Shown here: in pieces, positions 13,545-38,063 of the stretch | Position numbering within the stretch: position 1 is the first letter of the stretch | Layout: every line of letters begins with the position of its first letter | Assembly: GCF_000150275.1 (NCBI RefSeq) | Contig: NW_002060945.1 | Span: forward strand, 4,389,397-4,453,396 | Origin: Trichoplax adhaerens | Taxonomy: Eukaryota > Animalia > Placozoa | Length of the DNA: 64,000 nt | Direction: 5' to 3' | Notes under the pieces: model-generated | Told to the model about the DNA's origin: nothing | Database searches by the model: none | Seen by the model: the letters and a program-made list of their open reading frames with translations, nothing else | Translations under genes and position numbers: made by a program

Positions 13545-16316
13545 ATGGACGAAGATAAAAAAGCAGGACATCCCCCTGCAGGTAAAATGCAAAGAATGAC
13601 TTCTCCATAAGTTATCGTCCACAGCAAGTATAAAGCTTTGTTGACTTGTGCGATAATCACCATCCATCCATAGAAGGGGGCAAAAAAAAAATTGGCACGG
13701 GTCCAATCCACACCGATCGAACGCAGTTGGAGCGCCAAGCGATACAAATTGTATCAATGTAGATATACTGTATATCAAAAGTGTCGAATAGCGCGTTGGT
13801 ATGCAATAAAATTGCTCAATTTGACTCAGTAATCAATAATTCTCCATGTGGAATAGCCAGGCCATATATATATCCCTTTTTACTTTTTTGTCATACAGTA
13901 TGCAAATAACAGAATAACATTGAATTGCATCATGTCCATCATACAATCTGCTGGTGGACGCCGGCATGATGGAGATATGGATTGAAGTAGGCCATGCCAT
14001 GCAATATTCATCATCAATGGATAGATACATTGGCATGCATGATGATGGATTGATTTGTCGTCATCGATGAAAGGAGAGGTATTCCACGATACCAAAGTAT
14101 ACTCGTATATACACACTACAATCACTTGATGACTAATGTTGATCATGCAAACCAATATGGGTACAACTTATACAAGCATGTACACAAGTACAAGTGGAAT
14201 GCTGTAGACCGTACAAAGCAACTCTTTTTGGTCGTCTTCATGTAGCCATGATAACTAGTGTAAATAAAAACACAGGATATACAGTACCTTACTGACTTGA
14301 TCATTGTATTTTGATCGAGTCTTTTCTTAGAGGTCAATCCCATAATCTTTCATGTTTCAGTTGAAGATACACAAGTTATTAGCTCTCTTAACTGTACCAG
14401 TATTCCATAATCAATGGAAGCTGTGTTGCACCCACTCGACTGTTGTGGACATCAGGGACTTTTTTTTTTAAATCAAATTGAAAAACTGAGACACTTCTTA
14501 CACCAACCATCGATACTGTATTTTTCATTTTGACTCGGCTACCAAACGCAACCTATTCCATAGTCTTGATCATTCTACGCTAGATTCTAGGATACTTCGA
14601 CCAAGTTGATGATCAATATGCACTTGTCTTAGCTAGAAAGGAATGATGAATCCCAGGTTGTGTTACCATACAAGTAACTTATCCAACAGACTGAAATTGG
14701 ATGGTAAAACATGATCTACATGTCAATGTTCAACTATTGATTTAATTGTCAACCATCAATGAATCATATACAGCATATTACGACAAGTAATTATCCACTA
14801 AGAACTATTTTAGTATGTATGCTATATTATTTTTTGTCCAATTATCTCAATTGATCATATCAGCGACGTGCAACTTGATGTACTCGTAGGACGTATCATG
14901 CAATTAGTAATGATATATAATCAAATAACTGATATATATGCGTGTGTATGGTATTATAGCTAAAATGGCTGGCGGTGTTAGAGTAAAAGGCCACGCTCAT
15001 AAATACCCCGCTGAAGAGAAAAATACTACAGAACAAGCTGAAGATAACAACCAAGAAAATCCAGCTGATGTTGAACCACCAACCAAGTAAGAATTACCAA
15101 TACACAAAATATGTTTTGAATCCATCACATAGCTAAACATTTTTGATACGTTCCATCTCTTTTACTCTAAAATACTTTGAGCTACTAGTATTTATTTCCT
15201 TTTTACCTATTGCTAAACTGTATTGGGCCATTTTTGACACTTGTAATTGACGCGTACACATAGAGTGTAAAAGTCCAAAATTGATAGTATTGCAAGCACC
15301 AAATTGTACGATAGGTTATATCGTACAAGATAATCCCAATACTTATAGTACCTTTTTGACCATGCTTCTTTCTGCAACCAACACGTAATGACTCCAATAC
15401 AAATTGAAATACAGTCAATAGTTGTATGCTATGCACCAACTACTTTACTTTATTTTTAAAGATACAGTAAGCATGTATCTCGTAGTACCTCAAAGCTTAG
15501 TAGGCCATAGCACCCTATCGATGAGCCTACCATACAAGTATTGCAATATACCTTGTCAAATTGAATGCCATTAATTGTGTACTTTAGTGAAAACAAATTT
15601 CGATGCTACTACAAGCTATCTGTACAACGGATCGCAATTAAATCTATCCTCATTCTAAAATATATATCGTACATGTCCTGATTCTAATAATAATCCTTTT
15701 TTAATTAGGAATGAATCAAGCGTCACAATTTCTGGATATGCCTCGAAGGTAAGTAGACGTTGATTACTCGACAAGTCTCATGATTGATCCTTTATACTTT
15801 ACTAAAATTTAGTAATGAGTTAGATCAAGCTGCTACTGTACGTATAGGAGGAAGATATTAGAAAAGTGTACAGTACCTTTTATTCTACTCTTGAACAGCA
15901 TTGTAGATACGATATATCTTATACGTATACATGGCTGTTATCATCGTGATAATTGTTTTTTATGGTAGAAATCTGTTAACGCAATTTCTCCAAATTGGAT
16001 AAGCCATGAATTAGATCTATAATATGCTTCTAACGATACTTTCACCTCTACAGTATAATGCTTATATACTGTAGAGGCATAGAGATCGCGTCATCAGATA
16101 TTATTCGCAGCTGCTGCAGATGATATTTGTGTAGAATCGATTGAAGTTATGTAATCTTTCCATCATAACCTACTATAACAGGGTAATAAAGATTTCACGG
16201 CAGAAGCTATCAGCAGCTATCATGAAAAACCTCGACCAACGGTAGATAAACGTATTGCAGATAAGAAAGGGCCTGCATCCAAGCAAAATTTTACCATTCA
16301 ACAACCACGGAAGTAA
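13545..16316 (+). CDS. DAP: Death-associated protein 1 (DAP1/DAP) homologue, 4 exons (13545-13581, 14960-15086, 15709-15748, 16182-16316), 112 aa
   Basis: Exons join in phase through GT-AG introns to give MDEDKKAGHPPAAKMAGGVRVKG...SVTISGYASKGNKDFTAEAISSYHEKPRPTVDKRIADKKGPASKQNFTIQQPRK*. This matches the DAP1 hallmarks KAGHPPAVKAGGMR, ISG...GDKDF, HxKP and the C-terminal IQQPRK. Confidence 0.95.
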
Positions 16317-18167
16317 ATAGCTGATATCGAAGAAGAGTTTTAAAGTTTTAGATGGTAGATTGAAGAGAGATGTAGAACAGTACTATCCGATTGCTAGTGA
16401 TAAAAAGACAGAGGATTAATTGAATCTGTTAGATAAGTCTTTAATTCATTAAATGTTGAACCGGAATAATTAAAGCAGGTTATAAAACATATAGTCTAGA
16501 AACCTATAACCCTTAATCTAGAATAAGTATTCGATCTGTCAGTAGACTATCATTTTTAGTCTAGATATTATCTCCTCTCATTCATGCAACGTCTGTTACT
16601 CTACATTTAATGATCAACTATGGCATGATACAACCATGCAGCACTAATCTAATCCACATCAATGTTGATTCCTCAAGGCTTTGATGATAAATTGTAGAAA
16701 TTCAGTAGTTACCAGACATTAAGCAGGCTTAGCGATTAAAGGATGTATGCTGTAAAGATTTTCAATAAAAAATGACGTGATTTGCATGAAATAGCAGTTA
16801 TTTATTTGTACCTAGGTGGAACTTGTTGTTCTAGAATGACTTCTTGATCTAATAGTATAGCCTATATAAGATGAATTTCAATTTAAAAGGGCCGAATATT
16901 GTCGTCAATCATGCGTAAGCTATAGAAACTCTATTCGACAATTGATACCGAGTTATGCTCGCAATGCAGGATATGTTCGGCCTGTATCATCATCAACTGG
17001 AGCATCGTTCTAGACGTTTTAGATAGCTTTACAACAAGTTTACAACATAAACTGCTAATAAGCTATTCGTTGTCACTAAGTTTAATCTTTTTCACTACTG
17101 CACTGTACTCACAACCAACACAGTTCACTATTTGTTCCTATCACTTTAATAAAAGCAATGCCAGAATACCATTGCGTTGAACCAATTTAGAGCAGATGAG
17201 TTTAGCCTCTCATAGTGGGACATTTTACAACGTAGACAACAAGTTAATAGTAATCAATACTAAGTACAGATCTACATTCTATGTCAATACTCAATTTACT
17301 GTCCCTTATATATATATATATAATGAAAGTTTAACTTAAACATTAGGTAAATTACGCTTCAAGATACATAAGCGTGACTAAAATAGAATAGCAAGTGAGC
17401 CAATTTTTCATAATAATTCATAAAGTGAAAGATAGAATCTGTCGCTACACGCCGCTGATAACATTAGAAGATCCCCTATATAATTAATCAGCTTTCACAA
17501 GTTAGTTAATAATATTGTAACCATAAAACTCGATTTACAGAGCTTTGGATAACAAATGTTCTACTGTATATAGCCGTAAGAAATGAACATTTTCAATCTT
17601 TGACAATAAATATCGAATCCGCATAATCAATTTAAATCATGTCTCATCAAATTGAAGGAATTGAAATGGTCAAAGTAAAATAGCGCTATAGACCATTTTA
17701 ATAGCGGCTACCCAAAGTGGGTAAAGTTTGCTGTGAAGAAGGTCTGCATAAAAATGAACCTTATCGTTATGGAAGTTTTATCAGCATGAAAACTTGAACA
17801 AATTAGGAAAGAAACGGCTACTATACAGCTTTTATCCACACGCAATATGAAAATGAAAGATATTAAACACATAATAACAACGCAATATTGCATCTTTACC
17901 ATAGCACAGTAAATAATCTTACTAACATCGTTGTCAAAATAATAATGATTCTCATTTTAACGGCTTAATTGGATATTTTTAGGCTCTATAATATGACGAG
18001 TTAGGAATATTTGGTCGAAAAAAATTAAGTTAGTAATTGAATAATAGCTCAAATGGAGTTGGCTTAAGCTAATCATTTATCTTGAGTATCATCTTCTGAC
18101 GTCTTCTCCGCTGAAGGATTTATCTTTTTCTGACGATCTAAAGTAGCTTTCTTAATGGATTGAACAA

Positions 18168-20476
18168 TCATATCCGTTTTTCCAAATCAGGTGATTGATT
18201 GTCACCAAATGATCTTGATTGCTTTAATGTGTCTATACCAGAAGAATCGACAGTTAAACTCTTGGAAAGTCTCTTTCTTTTATCGTCTGCCGACAATTCC
18301 AACCAGTCATCAGTCTTCTTTTTATCATATAACTCCGACAGGCACTCAGTGCTACCATATTCAACAGCAGCAATTTCCAAATCGGATGCCTCTTCTGATG
18401 ATGCTTTACCTAGGAACTCATCGTCTAAAGCAGTAACATGCTTAAACATACAAGGTTGTGATATTTGTTCCTTTCGAATACGTAGTGATGACGACTTTGA
18501 GATATCCTTACGTTTGGTGCGACGTAAGAGGGCATTTTTAAGGAATCCGGCTCTCTTTTTGGCTATAATTGAGTCATATAATGGGTACCATTTGATAACA
18601 TAATATAAAAAAAAAGATTCAACATAAAAGAAAACGTATCAGTTGCAATCTCTTTCCATGTATGTCAGATAGAAATGACGAAATATCACTTGCTAAATTA
18701 GTTCTTGTCGATACAGTATGGCTAGCTGCAATTAATACTACATGTAGAAGCATTAAGATTAACGTTTATAGTTGTAAAATGAGACATCAATTATTTTATG
18801 AACTGATTGAAACTTGGACAATATGCTAATGTATGGTCAACGAAGGATTAACAAGTCAACATGCGGCTTTTCCATGCAAGAAATTTATGCTGTATTTAGA
18901 TTATTAGATAGCTTTAGACTTGAGCTATCGATGGATCGACTCATTACTGAGCGTTCGAGTAGTATAGCAAGCTGATCAATCTCAATCGAAATAAATGTAA
19001 AATGTTAAACGGCGACCCATATCCTCAATTGGATATAGAATTTAACTTAAGTTCAAAGTTCAATCAATAAAGAAGTTGAATGTATGACTCATTATGAAGT
19101 CCCTACACAGTCCAATCCAGTTCAATTCCTGCTCTAGACTTACGAGTTAATACTGGAATAAAGTAGACAACACGGCAAACTACATTATTGACCAATTCGA
19201 GGAAAATTAAATCGCTTCTAAATTGATCTCTCTGTGACTTAGAGTTAATTAATAGTAGAATAAAGTAGACAACACGGCAAACTACATTATTGATCAACTT
19301 AAGAAAAATCAAAATCGCTTCTAAATTAATCTCTCTGTGACTTAGAGTTAATAGTAGAATAAAGTGTAGACAACACGGCAAACTACATTGTTGACCAACT
19401 TAAGGAAAATCAAAATCGCTTCTAAATTGATCTCTCTGTGACTTAAGAGTTAATAGTAGAATAAAGTAGACAACACGGCAAACTACATTGTTGACCAACT
19501 TAAGGAAAATAAAATCGCTTCTAAATTGATCTCTCTGTGACTTAAGAGTTAATAGTAGAATAAAGTAGACAACACGACAAACTACATTATTGACCAACTT
19601 AAGGAAAATCAAAATCGCTTCTAAATTGATCTCTCTGTGACTTAGAGTTAATAGTAGAATAAAGTAGACAACACGGCAAACTACATTATTGACCAACCTA
19701 AGGAAAATTAAATCGCTTCTAAATTGATCTCTCCGTGAAATCTGAAGAATTGCACATTTGTCTGAATTAATCTACACTAGCAGATCGTCTCATAGGTGCA
19801 CTATTTACAGCAGAAAGGCGCTTTTGGACGCCATTCCAGAGACTAGTTTACTGTCCATGTTAACATTGGAACAGCTTGGCTATTATAGTATGATCATGCA
19901 GAATAATATTTTACCGCAATATTCTATACTTTAAGTTGAACGAATTTGCTATCCTTGAGTCAATTCATAGTCATGTCGAAAGGTAGCCCTATCCTTTTCC
20001 TACGTATCCAGTTCAATTTAGCAAAAACAAAAATGGCGGTGAAACTCACCGTCTCTACTATTGCTATCAGCGATTATTTGCTCTATTTCTCGGTAATGTG
20101 ATGCAGCAGCTTCTTGACTTGCAAATTTAAAGCCAAAATATTCTCCTTTAGTCTTGCAATAGGTATGAAAATCATCTTGTATCGATTGATACTTTAAGCC
20201 TGGTTCGATGCTATCTCTCCAGATGATGAAACCAGTCCCAATTTCGACAAAACATAGTTCAATTTCTCTCTTGCTTTTAGTTTGTTTCTGAACGATAGCC
20301 GGTACGCCTCTACCGATCAACTTCCATCCATCGATGCTTGTATTAGCCACGTCTTGGCTAGCACTAGTAGATTGAAGGAAATGAATTGTTGCTGTAGTCG
20401 GGCAAACATGAACTTGACTGTTATACGATGAAACGCTTAAAGTAACTTGAACTATTTCTTCTTGAGTTAATGCCAT
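18168..20476 (-). CDS. WH1/EVH1 domain plus CRIB-like motif protein (MESR3-like family), 2 exons (20476-20050, 18562-18168), 273 aa
   Basis: Exon 1 has the WH1 pattern (GWKLIGRGVPAIV...ELCFVEIGTGFIIWRDSI...YQSIQDDFHTY...FGFKFASQEAAASHY). A phase-1 donor G|gtgagt joins acceptor ttatag|CC. Exon 2 has a basic region then KEQISQPCMFKHVT (ISxPxxFxHV). True ATG is at 20476; the ORF track starts at a TTG. Confidence 0.8.
19140..19740. repeat. Intronic tandem repeat, ~100-bp unit x ~6
   Basis: ataaagtagacaacacggcaaactacatt...aaatcgcttctaaattgatctctctgtgacttagag recurs about every 100 bp from ~19158 to ~19659. Confidence 0.95.
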
Positions 20477-22320
20477 AGCCAAAAGTCAACTATTGAAAAA
20501 GGAGAGTACTATATTATTTATCTGTACGCATCAAAGTGAATGCTCTAACTTTTTCCTCGATTGTACCTTTCAAAACAGTGTACAAGAGGGTTGTTTTCTA
20601 CAGGAAATTTGAACATTAACGCTGCAAAACTGATCAACCAACTGTTTAGAACGAGTCTATTACGTCGAGAGGTAGGGAAAAAAACTCTTTGAGCGATATC
20701 GATTTAATCATTGATATAGAGCTATCGATGGTGACATATTTGCAAGAAGAAATACAAGATGGTGTTAAGGATAGGATCAAAAATAGGGTTATATCAGGGA
20801 TAATTATATATTTGATGAGTAATCCATGACTATCATTGCAGCTTTGTTACCCTAATTATGTCGCTATGAGTCTATAGAATTTGTATAGTACTATTTCGAT
20901 TCCATAGATGAATTCACTTTAGAAATGTTGCTGCAATACCTTCAAATTTTCATCGAAATACATGGTAGGATACGATTCAATATCGAATAAACGCGTTGAT
21001 GCTTCATATTGGATGATTTCGTTTTTCGATCAATTTTATGCTGATTCACTGCCCAAAAGGACTAAAAAAGGGTTCTCGATGCCTCCGTTTCTAGTTAGAT
21101 GGCAGCGCCCTAATGGATGCATGGGATCAATACTGAACTCAATAGCGATATTTTACATTTTAAATCGTCCAGTTTCATCAATTTTATCTCATACATATGT
21201 TCAAAAGGATAAAATATGTATCCTCAACACATCCTTTTCTCACTAAACGATGAAATTTGCGGCGATATTTTAGGTTCACTATTGCAATTTCGCGTCCCTG
21301 TTATCCCATATTCAATATGGTACAACTACTTGAATGGTCCAATTAGTCGGTCATATTTTACATTTCCTGCCACGATTTTCATCCATTTTATCCTACAGGT
21401 ACAATTTCTCGCTCAATGTAAAAGATTTGGATCCATCTTTTATCCAATACTGTATGAAATCAAAAGTATCCAAAAATGTGCTGTGAACACTCTCAATTTG
21501 ACGTTCAATGATAGAACTACAATCTATAGTAAATGAAAGTAAAGTCAATTAACATGCAAACATCCAACGAATATCGCACGTTGATCCAAATCAATAATTT
21601 GGATCCATTTTATCCAGTTTGGAGTAGATGGATTTAACGAAAAATTAAAATAAAAAATGGACAGACATGCAATGAAATTGCTTTGTTTCTTACTAAGGTA
21701 TAAAAGATTGAACATGTAGGAAGTCAATCCTCAATCCTAACTTGCTAACGTGGATAGAGAGCAAGAGAGAAAGTTATTTAGAGTAGATAAGTGCAAGGGA
21801 ATCGAAAAAAAATGGCCAAATGCGCAAAGAATTGTTTTGTTTCTTACCGAAGGCAAGAAAGATTCAACACGTAGAAAGTAAATTAAGTAAATACTATTTT
21901 ACTCTTACTTGTTAACGAGTGATGAGAGAGAGAGAGAGAAAGTTGAAGTCTATCTCAGATTCGCGATTTGGATAGACTTGATTTAAAGGCAGAAAGTGGA
22001 TTTTAAGCGATCTCTAGCAGTAGCAATACTATCACAGGAATGCGCAAAAACATGCTGCTTTAATATTAATGCGCGTCCATGTATCAAGCCGCGAGGAGAT
22101 GACATCAAATCGTCAACAAACATGCAAGTAAAATGATTACTCAGCGCTCGGGAATGGCTTCAAAGTCAATAATAACTAAACTGTTACGTAATGGATAGGA
22201 AGTAACAGCAGAAATTAGAGTAAAAATGGGCTAGGATTCTATCAAAACTTCTCCATTTCATCTTCTACCTTACCGAAAGGAATTGCTAGAGGTGTCAAAG
22301 ATGACTTGAAATACTTTCAG

Positions 22321-25300
22321 ATTGCTGGATAAGGTCCAAATTCTCGGTGATAACAATTTCCTGCTTGGATCACTTGAAAGATGGTGAGGAGAAGGAAGAA
22401 AATATCGATGATATAACTTGCAACAATTACAGAATGAGTCTCAGCCAGTAATGATATAAAAATAGGCTGTAGAATAGGCTACACTATCAAAATTAAGCAG
22501 TTAAACAACTGAGATTTTGAGCGACATGATTTCATCAAACATCAACTACTGATGCTAATGGCCATTTGCTGTTCTTAACAGGAGTTACTGCTTCAACAAC
22601 GGATTGATTCTTATAGAACAAGCAAGTCAACAGTACAATAAATAGAATAATTCATCGAGACAAGTATATTAGTACTGGCAGACATGTATTTACTATTTTT
22701 TGCAATGGTTTCAATTAACTCGATTACCTTTGCGCGTAAATTAGCTTTCCACACCTCGATAGCGACTAGAATGGCAGTACAGTAAAATGCGCTGATTTAC
22801 CTCGATTTTTTTTATCTTGGATCTTGATACTATTTATAATACTTTAGCCTGTGATCAATAACAACAATAAGTGGCAATCCTAGGTAAGGGAGAGGATCCC
22901 GTATAGAATAATGAAGTGATTAATTAAAATGAGTTAATAGCCTTAAAATAACAGAACAACTGGTTACGGCGAAGACTGAAAATTCTCCACCATGACAGCA
23001 GCTCCATTAGTGTAGTCAATTTGATTATTTGACTTAACTTCTCTCGCGGTATGAGGTAGCTAATTTATGCAAAGTTATGTAGGGTAGTGACATGGCTATA
23101 CCTTAGCTTTAGTAGTAGTAAAGAATCCTGTTTAGATTCTATCCGAGATGATTCTTTCTCTTTTTTTCAACTTCATAAACTGAGGATAAGGAAATTCGAG
23201 ACGAGATTGGAAAGAAAACAAAACTACGCAGTGGTGGTCTATGGCGTGCAAACCACTGTCGCATAACTTGTCCAATTTAGCTATTCTCATTTCTTAGAGT
23301 AAAACATCGATTCAAGCTGATCTCTTTACAAGAGTTGTGCATGCCTTGGATCAAATTATGCATTTTCGTCTACTCTATATGTACTGTAGTTCTACGACAA
23401 ACGTCTTCGTATTTAGGATGGATTAAGCTTAGCGTCCGATGATTAAAAACTGCAAAACTACGATGGTGAATTGAACGATAGCTTGAAGAGATGATAAGTA
23501 CGGCATAATCAATAAGAACGATTCTAATTTTCAAGTATACTATGCAACAAAACTTGTATAGTAGCATCTTAATTTATTGATTTGTAAAACGGCAAGAAAG
23601 GAAGCCGATTCTGTTGTAGCACAGACCAGGGTAGACATACTTAAAAGGTACATAATTTGGACTTGATCCATTTGATTTAGAATTTAGAAGTGACGTGGAT
23701 GATCTGAATAGTTTTTATTATCGCATACGCCAAGTATTTGGCCGATGGTGCACAGCAAAATAGATCTACAGTAGTTCTATTCGCTCAGCACCACTGTACT
23801 TATCGCTGTGTATAAATGCAAATTGATTTGTTAACGAGGAGTATAACTCATTATTGATATTGCAAAAGCAGCAAAGCAACTGCAAGTCAAGGGTACGAAG
23901 CCATCATGTAATCTGGTAGTTGTAATATTTTTGCCTTCTTACCCAGGAATATAGTAGATAACATCAGCGATGTAACTCTCCAATTCTCAGCTATTGAAGA
24001 GTTAGTCTTTTTTAGATTCTACTTCAACTAGAGTGTACGTGTTTTTCGATCGACAGAAAGCGAAAAAGTGATTGAAATCAAGATTATGCAGCTATCATGC
24101 AAAGCTTATCAACTGGGGCGCATTTCCATAGATGGAAAAGCAAAAAAGCGCCTGGAAGCCATGAGGATGCAGCAGACCTGAACGCTTTCAGTAGAGATGT
24201 TATGGCGGACATAATTAGAGGGTTAAGTGGAAAATCCAAAATCCAAATGTAACAGTAATGAAAATTACTGGGAAAAAGTATAGGAGATGGATAATGGGTA
24301 CGTAGGCAGTGCTGCTAATACAAGTAGAAGTCCATTTCCCAGTAGATTGCAATTTTTGAATTCCTTTCCTGTAGTATCATGACTACCAGCAAGCAGCAAG
24401 AATGGCCATTAACGAAAGATAATTTAAGTTAGTATGCCGCTATTTGCCGATCCCTATTACAGGGATCCATTAATTAATCAAGTTCAGTTTGAAATCTCAA
24501 TATTCTCTACTGATGTCAAGAGCACCCTTCAAGTTTAGTTTTCGTTGAAGAAATATTAAACTGGTTCAAACAAGTCGATAAGCCTTGAACAGGTGTAAGA
24601 TTTACTCCTGACAACATGCAAGTAAGGGAATTAAAGGAAAATGGCACGGTAAAACTTAGACTTGAAGGAGAATACCCAAGTTAGAGCTTTTAAGCCAGAT
24701 ACCTGCTATTCATCAAGCTGAATTTAGATCGTTCAATTTATACAGTTGATTGCTATCGTCTTTGCTGATACCTTGACAGCAAGAAAGCAACTTGAATCTG
24801 TATAGGTAACCTATGTTATACATACAGTTGTCATACCAATGGAATCTCCACGGCAAAACCTCTAGTTCAACTTTTCCAAGCACTTTCTCAATACTGATAT
24901 TTCAAAATAAGGCATCACAAATAACAAAAATCTTCACACAGTCCTCTCAAGATTTCAAACCTATGTCATCCCCTCAGTCGATTTTTGGCAATTAGCCTCT
25001 GTCAATGTAGCTTACAAATCCAATAGTTAAAATACAACAAAACCCTAAAGATTACCTTGCCAAATGTCTATTCAACTTGCATAGCGCTTGCCAAAATGTA
25101 AGTTGTTGATTAAAGAGAATCTCTACAGTACAAGTAGGCATTGCATACCGCTAACGGATTGCAATCTTCGGCCAGCGATAAATTCGAATCACCAGCAACT
25201 GAATGGTATCCTTGTATGATAGACTATTTATGGACAATAATGAAATATTGATGGTCGCCATTTCCATTTTCTCATCCGATTGGCATATTGCTACCGTTAG

Positions 25301-25465
25301 AATGATCTCAATGGTATCCACTTCCAAGATGGATCAATGGAACACAATTTATTAGGCACCCTCGTTTTATACAAAGACAATTTCAAATCTCAAGCTGATC
25401 GATTAGCCGAGAAAGAATTATCCCTCTTAGCGAATCGCTTAGAAAATCATATACTATATTGCTAA
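22321..25465 (+). pseudogene. Probable decayed multi-exon gene of unknown family
   Basis: Series of AG/GT-bounded blocks with protein-like translations interrupted by stops, e.g. ELLLQQRIDSYRTSKSTVQ*IE*, DGLSLASDD*KLQNYDGELNDSLKRMI, FRSDVDDLNSFYYRIRQVFGRWCTAK*, FVEEILNWFKQVDKP*TGVRFTPDNMQ, LTNPIVKIQQNPKDYLAKCLFNLHSACQN, and a terminal NDLNGIHFQDGSMEHNLLG...ENHILYC*. Confidence 0.4.
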
Positions 25466-26449
25466 AAAGGATTATACTCTGCAATCATCGTCTCCTTACA
25501 TAGAATGAGAGGTTATTATTAATTTGATATTGATGGCAAAGCACATCATTAGACATACGCACTATAACGGATAGAATAAACTGACGAAAGCATGGCTATC
25601 TTTTGCCGCATAGTTTACATACTACCTAAATAGGATTATTACTGTATCCTAGAAATGCTGCTCGACACTGCTAAATTAGTAGAATTCTAATCTTACACTT
25701 CACTACTACCCTGCAACAGTAAATTAATTTTGATCGACGCGTAAACGAAGGATTCCAAATTAACAGCGTATACAGAAATGATGAGAAGAAGGTCTCTAAC
25801 TGAAGTCAATATTTTTGCAAAATCGATAAGATAGTATATTTCCCACGACCATTTGATTTCCATATCATTTCCTAAACATGGTTGCATAGAAAGAAACGGA
25901 GAGGAGAGCTCCAACTTAAGCCAATGTCTTGATGTCTTGTCTTAATGTAATATTTTAGTGTCAAGTTAGATACAACTTCGATACGAGATATTTCTCCAAA
26001 TACCGTGGTAGGTTTCCTTTATTAAAACAGTCTTAGCTTGTCAAGCCGTTTATTGTGATGAATAAAATAAAAATAGCAGATTATAAGATGATATGCTCGA
26101 GTCTGCTGCATCGAAGTTTACTTAAATACAACCAGTTACTCTTACCACAGTTGTATTCCAAAATCAAGGCTGCAGCAATATTTTACTACTTTGTGACGAA
26201 TCTAGATACAACCATAGACTATTAGACGAACGTATATCTAGTAGTTCGTAACCTGTAAAACGCTTTCGTTAGCTATAAATCAACTTTTAGACTGGTGAAC
26301 AACAATTTTAATACACTGGAAATTGCTTTTACTATCTCGACATACAACTCTCATGATCTAGATCCATAATTGACCAACATTGAATAACAACAACATTTTT
26401 TAAAAGACGGTGCACCAATAGGCTTACACCGTGCCGATTACTTTAAAAT

Positions 26450-38063
<11,614 letters not shown>

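Noticed and set aside
19103-19696. Hydrophobic repetitive minus-strand ORFs
   Set aside because: Translations of the 100-bp intronic tandem repeat.
24540-24621. Selenoprotein exon with in-frame TGA (VDKP*TGVRF)
   Set aside because: The context matches no selenoprotein family I know, neighbouring blocks carry TAA/TAG stops, and no SECIS was recognised; pseudogene decay is the simpler explanation.
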